64,000 nucleotides of DNA, from NCBI GenBank assembly GCA_038063915.1, contig JBBTUE010000005.1:10547-74546 (forward strand). The letters run 5' to 3'. The translations under genes were made by a program, and so were the position numbers. How positions within the stretch are numbered: position 1 is the stretch's first letter; every line of letters starts with the position of its first letter. The stretch is from Patescibacteria group bacterium. Lineage in GTDB: Bacteria > Patescibacteriota > Minisyncoccia > Phycocordibacterales > UBA9973. Shown piece by piece: positions 49,691 to 58,852 of this stretch. The notes below the pieces were generated by a model that made no database searches, was not told the DNA's origin, and saw nothing but the letters and a program-made list of their open reading frames with translations.

Positions 49691-50617
49691 ATGGATGACA
49701 CAAATCAGGAAATCGTGCGAAGGTTCGGTAACAATAAGATACTAAATATTTTTTTTATTGTAGCTTTTTCAGTTATATTTCTTTACTATACTTTATCAGC
49801 ACCAATATATAACGTTAGTGTAGCAAATAGGCAGGGAGTTGTAGTGCACATTGCAAAAGGCGAAGCGCTCGCTTTGATTGCCAACGACCTAGAATCCAAG
49901 AATATAATACGTCAAACTACTGCGCTTAAATTTTTTGTTTACCTATTTGGGGGAGGCAATTCTACCAAGAAAGGTGACTATCTTTTTACAAAGAAGATGC
50001 CTGTTTGGAGTGTGGCTTGGATGCTCGTACGAGGACATCATAATATTGATCCGCTCAAAATTACACTAAAAGAGGGTCTAACAAATGAAGAAATGGCAAA
50101 TGCACTAGCAGATAAACTATCAGTATTTCGTAGAGATCTATTTATTTCTGACAAAAAGAGTAAACAGGGCTATTTATTCCCTGATACGTATTTTTTCTTT
50201 TCGATGACTACTGCTGATGAAATCGTTGATGAATTATCTGCAAACTTCGAAGAGCGCATTACTCCATTCCGTACAGATATAGCTAATTCAGGGCATAGCG
50301 AGAGTGATATTATCAAAATGGCATCACTTATACAAAAAGAAGCAGCTGGCCAATCCGATGCGCCTGTTATATCTGGAATTTTGTGGAAGCGGATTAAAAA
50401 TGGGATGCCACTTCAAGTCGATGCCGATAAATCAACTTATGTGAGCACTGGACTTCCTAGTCGGCCAATTGGGAACCCTGGACTTATGGCGATAAAAGCT
50501 GCGCTTTATCCAGAGGACTCAGCGTATTTTTACTATTTGCATGATAAAAGTGGTACAGTGCATTATGCTAAAACATTCAGAGAGCATAAGATTAATATTA
50601 CTAAATATCTAAAGTAA
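49691..50617 (+). CDS. mltG: Endolytic transglycosylase MltG
   Basis: GYLFPDTY, ASLIQKEA, GMPLQVDA, GLP..PIGNPG. Confidence 0.92.
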   Translation: MDDTNQEIVRRFGNNKILNIFFIVAFSVIFLYYTLSAPIYNVSVANRQGVVVHIAKGEALALIANDLESKNIIRQTTALKFFVYLFGGGNSTKKGDYLFTKKMPVWSVAWMLVRGHHNIDPLKITLKEGLTNEEMANALADKLSVFRRDLFISDKKSKQGYLFPDTYFFFSMTTADEIVDELSANFEERITPFRTDIANSGHSESDIIKMASLIQKEAAGQSDAPVISGILWKRIKNGMPLQVDADKSTYVSTGLPSRPIGNPGLMAIKAALYPEDSAYFYYLHDKSGTVHYAKTFREHKINITKYLK

Positions 50618-50618
50618 G

Positions 50619-51494
50619 ATGATATTACAAACAACAAAACAAAAAGATTACGAGCTACTAGATTCAGGAGAAGGCGAGAAGCTCGAACAATACGGACCCT
50701 ATGTATTGTCGCGCCCAGACCCTGAGGCCCTCTGGTCTAAAAAGCTTGCAAGCAATGTTTGGGAAAAAGCAGATTTGAAATTTGTTCGCAACGGTATCAA
50801 GGCTAAATGGATTATAAAAGAAGGTGTGCCCAAAAGTTGGAATATCGAATTTGGAGATTTTAATTTCTCAATTCGGCCGACATCTTTCAAGCATACTGGC
50901 CTTTTCCCAGAACAGCTTCCGAACTGGCAATGGACTAAAGACATAATAGAGAAAAACAAAAAATCATACGAAAAGCCGATAAGTGTACTGAACTTATTTG
51001 CTTACACTGGCGGAGCAACTCTTGCATGTGCACGTGCAGGGGCCGAAGTCTGCCATGTCGATGGATCGAAAACTGCGGTCGCTTGGGCGCGCGAGAATGC
51101 TGAACTATCGGGATTAAAAGATGCACCTATCCGCTGGATAGTCGAGGATGTGGTTATGTTTTTAAAAAGAGAAATCAAACGTGGGCACAAGTATGATGCT
51201 ATAATTATGGACCCGCCATCGTTTGGTCATGGACCCAAGGATGAACTTTGGAAGATAGAATCTCACTTCTTAGAACTTATGACCCTATGTAAGGAGATAC
51301 TCTCTGACAAGCCACTTTTTATACTTATCAATGGCTACACTGCCGGCTATTCGCCCATTGCATATGAAAATAATTTAAAAGATATGATGAATGATAAAAA
51401 AGGAAGTATAGAAATAGGTGAGCTAACTATAAAAGAGAGTCAGAGTGACAGATTGCTTCCTTGTGGTATATTTGCGAGATGGGCAGTAAGTTAA
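50619..51494 (+). CDS. SAM-dependent methyltransferase (RlmI/RlmK-like)
   Basis: YELLDSG.GEKLE, FKHTGLFPEQ, LNLFAYTG, DPPSFG. Confidence 0.88.
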   Translation: MILQTTKQKDYELLDSGEGEKLEQYGPYVLSRPDPEALWSKKLASNVWEKADLKFVRNGIKAKWIIKEGVPKSWNIEFGDFNFSIRPTSFKHTGLFPEQLPNWQWTKDIIEKNKKSYEKPISVLNLFAYTGGATLACARAGAEVCHVDGSKTAVAWARENAELSGLKDAPIRWIVEDVVMFLKREIKRGHKYDAIIMDPPSFGHGPKDELWKIESHFLELMTLCKEILSDKPLFILINGYTAGYSPIAYENNLKDMMNDKKGSIEIGELTIKESQSDRLLPCGIFARWAVS

Positions 51495-52675
51495 ATAAAA
51501 CTGTATTTGTGGGTGTCTCAGGTGGAGTGGATTCATCCGTCTCGGCCGCACTACTTAAAGACCAAGGATATGATGTCGTTGGGGTTTTTATTCGTACATG
51601 GCAGCCGGAATTTATAGAATGCACTTGGCGAGATGAGAGACGTGACGCTATGCGAGTATGTGCGCATCTTGATATTCCATTCCTTGAATGTGACGCTGAA
51701 GAAGCATATAAAAAAGGTGTAGCAGACTATATGATAGAAGAATATAAGAAAGGTAACACACCGAACCCTGACGTCATGTGTAATCGGGAAGTGAAGTTTG
51801 GAGTATTTTGGAATTTTGCAAAAGCTCATGGTGCAGACTATATTGCGACAGGACATTATGCAAGAGTGTTACGTTCGGAAAGCTCCTCTCAAAGCTCCTT
51901 AACCCCATCCCGCAAGGAGCGGGACGGCACGCCCCCACCCGTCGCTTTTCAAGGACTTTCAGAACTTCACAAAGGGAATGATGAAAGTAAGGATCAATCA
52001 TATTTCCTTTGGACTTTGACGCAAGATGATCTTTCTCATACGCTTTTTCCAATTGGCCATTTGCAAAAATCACAAGTTCGCAAACTTGCAGAAAAGTTTG
52101 GATTGCCTACAGCTGAAAAGAAAGATAGCCAGGGGGTTTGCTTCCTTGGTCCACTTGATATGAAAGAATTTCTGGCGCATTATATAAAACCTGTGCGCGG
52201 TGATGTATTAAATGAGAAAGGTGAAATTGTAGGTTATCACAATGGTGTAGTATTTTTCACACTAGGCGAACGCCATGGATTCACTATTACAAAACACTCC
52301 ACAAAGAATTTGCCTTTATATGTAGTAGCAAAAGATATAGAAAAAAATATAATAATAGTTTCGCAAAACAAGAATTTTACTGCTAAAGACACGGATAATT
52401 CCTTGCTAGGAATTTCCTCTGCTCGGCCCAGTCGGCCTGCGCAAGTTCTTTCCCAGCAAGATTCTTGTTTTACCCTGAAAAACATAAATTGGATTTCAGA
52501 TATTCCAAAGGAAAATAAAAAATACACAGCGCAAATTAGATATCATGGTGAACAACTACCTTGTCGTTTTAAAAATACATCGATTACCTTTGATAGGCCA
52601 GTTCTAGCCTCACTTGGTCAGTCTATAGTTGTCTATGATGGGGATATCTGTCTAGGCGGTGGAATAGTAGAGTAG
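51479..52675 (+). CDS. mnmA: tRNA 2-thiouridylase MnmA (two in-frame insertions)
   Basis: SGGVDSSV, PNPDVMCN, ATGHYA, KDQSYFL, DSQGVCF, GQS.V.Y, CLGGG. Confidence 0.96.
   Translation: MGSKLNKTVFVGVSGGVDSSVSAALLKDQGYDVVGVFIRTWQPEFIECTWRDERRDAMRVCAHLDIPFLECDAEEAYKKGVADYMIEEYKKGNTPNPDVMCNREVKFGVFWNFAKAHGADYIATGHYARVLRSESSSQSSLTPSRKERDGTPPPVAFQGLSELHKGNDESKDQSYFLWTLTQDDLSHTLFPIGHLQKSQVRKLAEKFGLPTAEKKDSQGVCFLGPLDMKEFLAHYIKPVRGDVLNEKGEIVGYHNGVVFFTLGERHGFTITKHSTKNLPLYVVAKDIEKNIIIVSQNKNFTAKDTDNSLLGISSARPSRPAQVLSQQDSCFTLKNINWISDIPKENKKYTAQIRYHGEQLPCRFKNTSITFDRPVLASLGQSIVVYDGDICLGGGIVE
51873..51965. repeat. In-frame stem-loop element 1 in mnmA (93 bp)
   Basis: GTTCGGAAAGCTCCT ... AGGACTTTCAGAAC inverted repeat; inner TCCCGC-AAGGA-GCGGGA hairpin. 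Confidence 0.8.
52365..52471. repeat. In-frame stem-loop element 2 in mnmA
   Basis: AAAACAAGAATTTTACTG ... CAGCAAGATTCTTGTTTT inverted repeat; core homologous to 35694-35757. Confidence 0.85.
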
Positions 52676-52688
52676 TATAATACAGATT

Positions 52689-53168
52689 ATGGAAAATATA
52701 TTTGATCAGACAACGTTAGGAATCATAGTACCGCTTTTTATGGCCTTATTAATGGGGATGATTATTGGTACTGAGCGAGTCTGGGCACACAAGACTGCAG
52801 GTATGCGTACGTATGCACTTGTAGCTATGGGTTCAGCATTGTTTGTGCTCGTGTCCGAAGAGATGGTGAAAGCTTATCTTAATTTACCAGGCATGAATCC
52901 TCTGATGATAGTTTCCCAGATTGTTATTGGTGTAGGATTTCTTGGTACTGGTTTGATTTTCTCAAAAGAGAGTAAACTCATGGGCATGACTACAGCTACA
53001 TCTCTTTGGGTGTCAGCAGGTATAGGTATGGCTTGTGGTTTTGGATTATATAAGCTTGCCATCATTGCTACGTTCCTCACACTATTTATATTCATAGTCC
53101 TCTGGTTTTTCGAAGCTCAACTAAAGAAAACTAGATTCTTCTCAGAATCCTCCGTAGATGAACATTAA
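52689..53168 (+). CDS. MgtC/SapB family protein
   Basis: IG.ER....AGMRT.ALV, QIVIGVGFLG.G, GMTTA.SLW..AGIG. Confidence 0.92.
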   Translation: MENIFDQTTLGIIVPLFMALLMGMIIGTERVWAHKTAGMRTYALVAMGSALFVLVSEEMVKAYLNLPGMNPLMIVSQIVIGVGFLGTGLIFSKESKLMGMTTATSLWVSAGIGMACGFGLYKLAIIATFLTLFIFIVLWFFEAQLKKTRFFSESSVDEH

Positions 53169-53187
53169 TTTGGTATAGTATAGGTAT

Positions 53188-54834
53188 ATGTCATCCAAGG
53201 AAGTCCGAGAGAAGTTTTTAAAATTTTTCGAATCAAAAGGCCATAAAATACTGCCATCATCCTCTTTAATACCAGAAGGGGATATTTCGGTGCTTTTTAC
53301 TACAGCTGGGATGCAACAGTTCAAGCCGTACTATGGAGCACCCGAGAGTGCTTTGCGTGATTTTGGAACCAAAGACGTCGTTACGGTCCAGAAATGTGTC
53401 CGCACGGGTGATATCGAAGAAGTCGGAGATCACTCCCACTTATCATTTTTTGAAATGCTGGGAAATTTTTCTTTTGGAGGATATGGCCGAGAAAAAGCTA
53501 TATCTTACGCCCATGAGTTTATCACTGAAGTTCTAGGACTTACAATTTCATATGTCACTATATATAAAGGTGAGGGCGTGGTGCCAAAAGATGAAGCATC
53601 AAGAAAGATTTGGAAAGAGATTGATTCTAGTCTAGATATTCGTGAAGATGGTGCTGATGTATTCTGGGGCCCGACAGGCGACTCTGGACCGTGTGGCCCG
53701 ACGAGTGAAATTTATTGCAAGAATGCAAATGGCGATGATGTAGAAATTTGGAATCTAGTTTTCAATGAATATTTCTGTGACGGTTCGCGCGAAAAGTTAG
53801 ATAAAGGTGAAGCAAAACTCACACCACTTCCGATTCTTGGGATTGATACAGGAATGGGATTCGAAAGATTACTCGCAACAGTACAGAATAAGAGAAATGT
53901 TTATGAGACAGATCTTTTTAATAATGAGGATACAAGAGAGAAAAGAATTGTTGCTGATCATGTGAAGACAGCACTGTTTATGATTACAGATGGAGTTATA
54001 CCTTCAAATACTGGTAGAGGATATGTTTTGCGTCGATTGATTAGACGAGCAGTAAGATTCTCCAAGGGGTCATTATTGCCCGAAATTGAAAAAGTTAAAA
54101 AGGTTTATGAAGGTATATATAATCTTGATGATAAAGGAGAAATACAGAGGGAAGAAGAAAAATTTAGAAAAACACTTGACCATGGCCTAAAGGAATTTGA
54201 AAAGGGAATTGATCCATTCATTCTCGCAACGACATATGGATTCCCAATTGAGCTTACAGAAGAACTAGCCAAAGAAAAAGGTATAAAAATAGATAGTGCA
54301 GATTTCGATAAGAAAATGGCTGAGCATCAGAAGCTTTCGAAAGACTCATCAGTCGGTATGTTTAAAGGTGGGCTTGCAAATCACCATAAGGGGACTATTA
54401 GACTTCACACAGCACATCATTTGCTTCTCGCTTCGCTCCAAGCGATAGTTAGTAGAGATATAAAACAGCGAGGTAGTAATATAACTGAAGAACGCCTTCG
54501 TATGGACTTTGTTTGCGATCATAAACTCACCGATGAAGAGAAGAAAAATGTAGAAGATTGGGTTAATGACAAGATAAAGCAGGAGCTAGATGTTGTATAT
54601 AAAGAAATGCCACTAGCTGAAGCAGAAAAACTCGGCGCAGAAATGGAATTTGGCGCGAAATATCCGGAAGTCGTTTCTGTATATATAGTAGAAGATAAAA
54701 ATGGCAATGCTATATCAAAAGAATTCTGTGGTGGTCCTCATGTGTCAAATACAAGTGAACTTGGCCACTTCAAAATCCAAAAAGAAGAAGCTGTCGCGTC
54801 TGGGATAAGACGTATAAAAGCAATATTAGAATAA
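53188..54834 (+). CDS. alaS: Alanyl-tRNA synthetase (short form, no C-Ala domain)
   Basis: FTTAGMQQFK, FFEMLGNFS, GPCGP, DTGMGFER, HTAHH, EFCGGPH, GIRRI.A. Confidence 0.94.
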   Translation: MSSKEVREKFLKFFESKGHKILPSSSLIPEGDISVLFTTAGMQQFKPYYGAPESALRDFGTKDVVTVQKCVRTGDIEEVGDHSHLSFFEMLGNFSFGGYGREKAISYAHEFITEVLGLTISYVTIYKGEGVVPKDEASRKIWKEIDSSLDIREDGADVFWGPTGDSGPCGPTSEIYCKNANGDDVEIWNLVFNEYFCDGSREKLDKGEAKLTPLPILGIDTGMGFERLLATVQNKRNVYETDLFNNEDTREKRIVADHVKTALFMITDGVIPSNTGRGYVLRRLIRRAVRFSKGSLLPEIEKVKKVYEGIYNLDDKGEIQREEEKFRKTLDHGLKEFEKGIDPFILATTYGFPIELTEELAKEKGIKIDSADFDKKMAEHQKLSKDSSVGMFKGGLANHHKGTIRLHTAHHLLLASLQAIVSRDIKQRGSNITEERLRMDFVCDHKLTDEEKKNVEDWVNDKIKQELDVVYKEMPLAEAEKLGAEMEFGAKYPEVVSVYIVEDKNGNAISKEFCGGPHVSNTSELGHFKIQKEEAVASGIRRIKAILE

Positions 54835-54886
54835 CATATCTCTACTTTAGATATTTTCATGAAAATTGTAGTATAATAAAGGTATT

Positions 54887-56071
54887 ATGTCATTTTGGTT
54901 TACATCTAAAAACAAGAAGGAGCGAATAGTAGCAATATTTGATATTGGGTCAGGAAGCGTAGGAGCAGCGATAGCTCGAATTCCTACCAATAGTAAAGGT
55001 ATACCGACAATAATCAAATCAACCCGTGCTGAAATTGCTTTTCATGATGAGCTTGATTTTAATGTTTTTCTAGATGACATGATCAAAACTCTTAAATCCT
55101 CGGCTAATTCTCTATATGATTCGAAGGTTGGAGCTCCAGATGAGATAGTTTGCGTACTCGCTTCTCCTTGGTATTTATCTGAAACAAGAGTTGTCAAAAT
55201 GACTCGGGATCACTCATTTGTATTTACTCATAAACTAGCAGACGAAATGCTGGAGAAAGAGATAACCTCGCTCAACTCCCTGTATGAAAATAAATACGGA
55301 TCTATAAAAAGTACGCCTGAAGTTATAGAGCACCACGTCATGGGTGTATCGCTCAATGGCTATCCAATAGAAGATCCGATAGGTAAACGTAGTCGGTCTG
55401 TCGAAATGCACATGGCTATTTCACTCTCACCCAAACTATGCTTAGAAAAAATACGTAAAATTTTATCAAACACCTTCCACCATATACCAGTATCATTTGC
55501 TTCTTTTTCTATCTGCTCGTATCTAGCAGTTCGTGAGAGATATGTGACGCCGGATTCGTATCTGCTACTTGATATTGGAGGGGAAGTGACAGACGTGGCA
55601 ATTATTACAAAAGGTATATTAAAAGCCTCTTTGTCTTTTCCATTTGGCAAAAGAACATTCTTTAAATATATTTGCACCAAACTAGACATAGAGCTCCGAG
55701 ATGCAGTGGAATTGTTTAATCTTTTCAGCACAAATACATTAGCCGAGAGACGTAGGAAAAAAGTTGAGCCACTATTTAAATCAATTGAGAATTCATGGGG
55801 TGAAGCCTTTAGGCAATGCATCGGTACACTACCTCATACACTGACATTACCTGGTACAATATTTGTAACCGCAGACCAAGACATAAGAAACTGGTTCGTA
55901 GAAGTCGTTCGCAATGAACCATATATACAATCAATGGTCACCGAGCATAAATGTACAGTCATAACTCTCGAAGGGCCTGAATTTCTCTCTATGTGTAGTA
56001 TTAAAGATGGCACCTGTGATCCATTCTTGATGGTGGAAGCTATTGGAATAATGAGAAAAATGGAACAATAA
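54887..56071 (+). CDS. FtsA-like actin-fold protein
   Basis: AIFDIGSGSVG and LLLDIGGEVTD phosphate motifs, SFPFG. Confidence 0.7.
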   Translation: MSFWFTSKNKKERIVAIFDIGSGSVGAAIARIPTNSKGIPTIIKSTRAEIAFHDELDFNVFLDDMIKTLKSSANSLYDSKVGAPDEIVCVLASPWYLSETRVVKMTRDHSFVFTHKLADEMLEKEITSLNSLYENKYGSIKSTPEVIEHHVMGVSLNGYPIEDPIGKRSRSVEMHMAISLSPKLCLEKIRKILSNTFHHIPVSFASFSICSYLAVRERYVTPDSYLLLDIGGEVTDVAIITKGILKASLSFPFGKRTFFKYICTKLDIELRDAVELFNLFSTNTLAERRRKKVEPLFKSIENSWGEAFRQCIGTLPHTLTLPGTIFVTADQDIRNWFVEVVRNEPYIQSMVTEHKCTVITLEGPEFLSMCSIKDGTCDPFLMVEAIGIMRKMEQ

Positions 56072-56072
56072 T

Positions 56073-57443
56073 ATGGCAAAGAAAATAATGCAGGATATGC
56101 AGTCAAAAGGAGTGAAAATCACTAGGATAGTCCGAGGGGATATTAGTGATAAACTCAAAGTTCTTAAACAAAAGAAACTAGCCGAAGTTGAAAGTGATTT
56201 GACTGCAAACAATGATTTAATTACCAAAGTAGATAATCATATTTTTGAAAGAGATAGATCAGATAAGATATTTAACTCTCCTACAACAAAAAAAAGCGGT
56301 CTTCGTCCTCGCAAATCCTATATATTATTTTTAGTGCTTTCTATAATGGTGGGAGGGGTATATTTTATTTCGAACCAACTTGGCAATGCGAAAATAGTGA
56401 TAAAAGAAAAAAAAGAATCATTTAAATTGAGCATGCAAGAATTGCAAGCCTTAAATTCTAACGGCGCGCCTATACGTTTTGAGATAATGATTATATCTGA
56501 TACAAACCCAAAAGAGCTTACCCTCACTGATAGTGATAATGTATCTATAAAAGCTAGAGGTGAGATAACTTTGTATAATGAGAATAGTACAAAACCACAA
56601 AATCTAGCTATTCGCACACTCATCTCTGATAGTAAAGGTAAAACTTATCAGACAGACAAAGCTGTGTCTATACCTGGCTATACGACAGTAAAATCAAAAA
56701 TTGTTCCTGGTAAAGTATCAGTAGGTATAACTTCATTTTTACCTGGCGAGGCCTACAATGGATCACCAAGTGATTTCTCTATAAATTTATTTAAAGGAAC
56801 TGCTAAAGGTAAAAAAATATATGGCAAACTCAAGTCACCACTTGTAGGTGGTGCAATAGGCACAGTCTATAAATTAAGCCCCCAAGATTTGGGCGCTCTA
56901 AATGCTTACGCCCTTTCAACTTTTAGGAGTTTATTATTAAAGAAAATGACTGCTGAGGCTCCAAAAGGTTATATATTATACCCAACTGCCATTACTTTTT
57001 CCCATAAAGTGGATGAAAATATTCTCTCTAAAACACCAAATGCAAAGGTAAATATAGATGCGACTATATCGTCTGTCATTATAAATGAGAAAGACCTTAC
57101 TAGTAGTCTCTTGAAAACTTTTAAAAAAGATATTCTACTATTCGAACTGAATGAAATACAAATTCCAAATATATCAGGACTTTCATTTAACTTTTCAAAC
57201 CAAAATCAATCTATAGCCAAAGACTTGAAGTCAATTGCATTTACATTAACTGGTGATATAACTGCAATATGGCATCCAGATATGAATTCACTAAAAAATA
57301 AAATATTAGGAACAAGTAAAGCCAGCCTACTTCAGATTTTTAAAGATGATCCAGGTATATCTTCTGCTTCTGTAAAAATATTCCCACCATGGTCAAAATA
57401 TTTGCCTAGCGATTTATCAAGAATACATATAACAACACAATAG
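56073..57443 (+). CDS. Single-TM protein with a baseplate-J-like extracellular region
   Basis: TM helix, KARGEITLYN, V.IPG, PGEAYN, GG..G, C-terminal P.W...LP....RI.I. Confidence 0.55.
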   Translation: MAKKIMQDMQSKGVKITRIVRGDISDKLKVLKQKKLAEVESDLTANNDLITKVDNHIFERDRSDKIFNSPTTKKSGLRPRKSYILFLVLSIMVGGVYFISNQLGNAKIVIKEKKESFKLSMQELQALNSNGAPIRFEIMIISDTNPKELTLTDSDNVSIKARGEITLYNENSTKPQNLAIRTLISDSKGKTYQTDKAVSIPGYTTVKSKIVPGKVSVGITSFLPGEAYNGSPSDFSINLFKGTAKGKKIYGKLKSPLVGGAIGTVYKLSPQDLGALNAYALSTFRSLLLKKMTAEAPKGYILYPTAITFSHKVDENILSKTPNAKVNIDATISSVIINEKDLTSSLLKTFKKDILLFELNEIQIPNISGLSFNFSNQNQSIAKDLKSIAFTLTGDITAIWHPDMNSLKNKILGTSKASLLQIFKDDPGISSASVKIFPPWSKYLPSDLSRIHITTQ

Positions 57444-57488
57444 CAGTTTGACTACTCACTTTTATATTGTTATTATGTACATACATAA

Positions 57489-57725
57489 ATGAATCAAAAA
57501 GACGACAATAATACTGTTATGGGTATAGTTACAGAAGCACTTCCTAATACTCTCTTTAGAGTAAATATAAGTAGCCCAGATACACCAGATGGAGAGGAGA
57601 AAATTATAATATCCTATCTTGCAGGGAAAATGCGCATGCATAGGATAAAAGTGCTGGTAGGAGACAAGGTAGAAGTCCTCCTTGACCCCTACGGAGGCAA
57701 GGGTAGGATCATAAAAAGGACTTAG
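57489..57725 (+). CDS. infA: Translation initiation factor IF-1
   Basis: G.VTEALPNTLFRV, GKMRMHRIKVLVGDKV. Confidence 0.95.
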   Translation: MNQKDDNNTVMGIVTEALPNTLFRVNISSPDTPDGEEKIIISYLAGKMRMHRIKVLVGDKVEVLLDPYGGKGRIIKRT

Positions 57726-57837
57726 TCTATAGGCCCCTTGCGCTTTTTGGAGTTATAGTGTACTATAGTCTGATATACGCTTTTTTGGATAAATACAGGG
57801 TGGAAGCCCTATATTTTTCTTTCGCGTTACAAGAAAT

Positions 57838-57948
57838 ATGAAGATTAAATCAGCCGTTAAAAAAATCTGCGCAAAATGTAAACTCGTGAAGCGTGCTGGG
57901 CACCTACGTGTTATTTGCACCAATCCTAAGCACAAGCAAAAACAATAA
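57838..57948 (+). CDS. rpmJ: 50S ribosomal protein L36 (not in the ORF track)
   Basis: [36 protein letters not shown]. Confidence 0.95.
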   Translation: MKIKSAVKKICAKCKLVKRAGHLRVICTNPKHKQKQ

Positions 57949-57956
57949 TTTTAAAT

Positions 57957-58337
57957 ATGAGAATTCTAGGTATAACTATTCCAAACAATAAGCATTTAGA
58001 CATAGGTCTTACATCCCTATATGGCATTGGTGTTTCTCGTGCTCGTGCAATCCTCAAGGAAGCCAAAGTAGATCATACTATTAAAGCTGATGTTTTAACA
58101 GTTGATCAAGAAAACGCGATACGTAAAGTTATAGAAACAATGTCAATCGAAGGAGCATTAAAGCGAGAGGTATCAGCGAATGTTAAAAGACTGAAAGATA
58201 TAAAGGCATATCGCGGAATCAGACACATGCGCCGTCTTCCAGTCCGAGGTCAACGCACAAAGACAAATTCCCGCACAGTTCGAGGTAATGTACGTAAAAC
58301 AATGGCTTCAGGTCGCCGTAAGGAAAGTAAGACATAA
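57957..58337 (+). CDS. rpsM: 30S ribosomal protein S13
   Basis: YGIG, YRGIRH, LPVRGQRTKTNSRT. Confidence 0.97.
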   Translation: MRILGITIPNNKHLDIGLTSLYGIGVSRARAILKEAKVDHTIKADVLTVDQENAIRKVIETMSIEGALKREVSANVKRLKDIKAYRGIRHMRRLPVRGQRTKTNSRTVRGNVRKTMASGRRKESKT

Positions 58338-58357
58338 CCTGCCTGCCGGCAGGCAGG
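58338..58357. repeat. CCTGCCT-n-AGGCAGG palindrome, copy 3 (20 bp, intergenic rpsM-rpsK)
   Basis: CCTGCCTGCCGGCAGGCAGG; extends to a 26-bp perfect palindrome with TAA/TTA flanks (58335-58360). Confidence 0.92.
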
Positions 58358-58377
58358 TTAAAATACAAATAAAATTT

Positions 58378-58836
58378 ATGGGAAAAGTAAAAATTATAAC
58401 TAAAGAAGAAGTCAAAGACGAAGTGAAAAATGACGCAACTGAAATTACATCAGATGTGGCTAAGGTGGCGGTCAAAGTACCTAAGAAAAAAGTAGTCTCT
58501 GGCACTCTTCATATTGAAGCAACATTTAATAATACTAAAGTAGTTCTCTCTGACAAAGAAGGCAATACTATATTCTGGACTTCAGCAGGCTCGCTTGGAT
58601 TCAAAGGTGCAAAAAAGGGTACACCATTTGCTGCTGGTAAAGCTGGCCAAGTACTAGGTGAGAAAGCCAAGGCCCTAGGTATCAAGGAAGTCGACGTAAA
58701 GGTCAAAGGCGTCGGAAGTGGTCGTGAACCTACCATCCGAGCATTCATGGCCTATGACATAGAGATATCAAGTATCCGCGACACTACTCCAGTCCCACAC
58801 AACGGTCCGAAACCTAAGAAGCCACGAAGAGTTTAA
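58378..58836 (+). CDS. rpsK: 30S ribosomal protein S11
   Basis: ATFNNT, GFKGAKKGTPFAA, G.GSGRE, DTTPVPHNG; start moved to ATG 58378. Confidence 0.95.
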   Translation: MGKVKIITKEEVKDEVKNDATEITSDVAKVAVKVPKKKVVSGTLHIEATFNNTKVVLSDKEGNTIFWTSAGSLGFKGAKKGTPFAAGKAGQVLGEKAKALGIKEVDVKVKGVGSGREPTIRAFMAYDIEISSIRDTTPVPHNGPKPKKPRRV

Positions 58837-58852
58837 TTTAAATATATTATCT

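Noticed and set aside
56073-57443. Prophage baseplate gene
   Set aside because: No other phage genes nearby; it has a TM anchor and sits in housekeeping context.
58288-58377. N-terminal extension of RpsK containing LPAGRQ
   Set aside because: It overlaps rpsM and arises from reading through the intergenic palindrome; ATG 58378 is the more plausible start.
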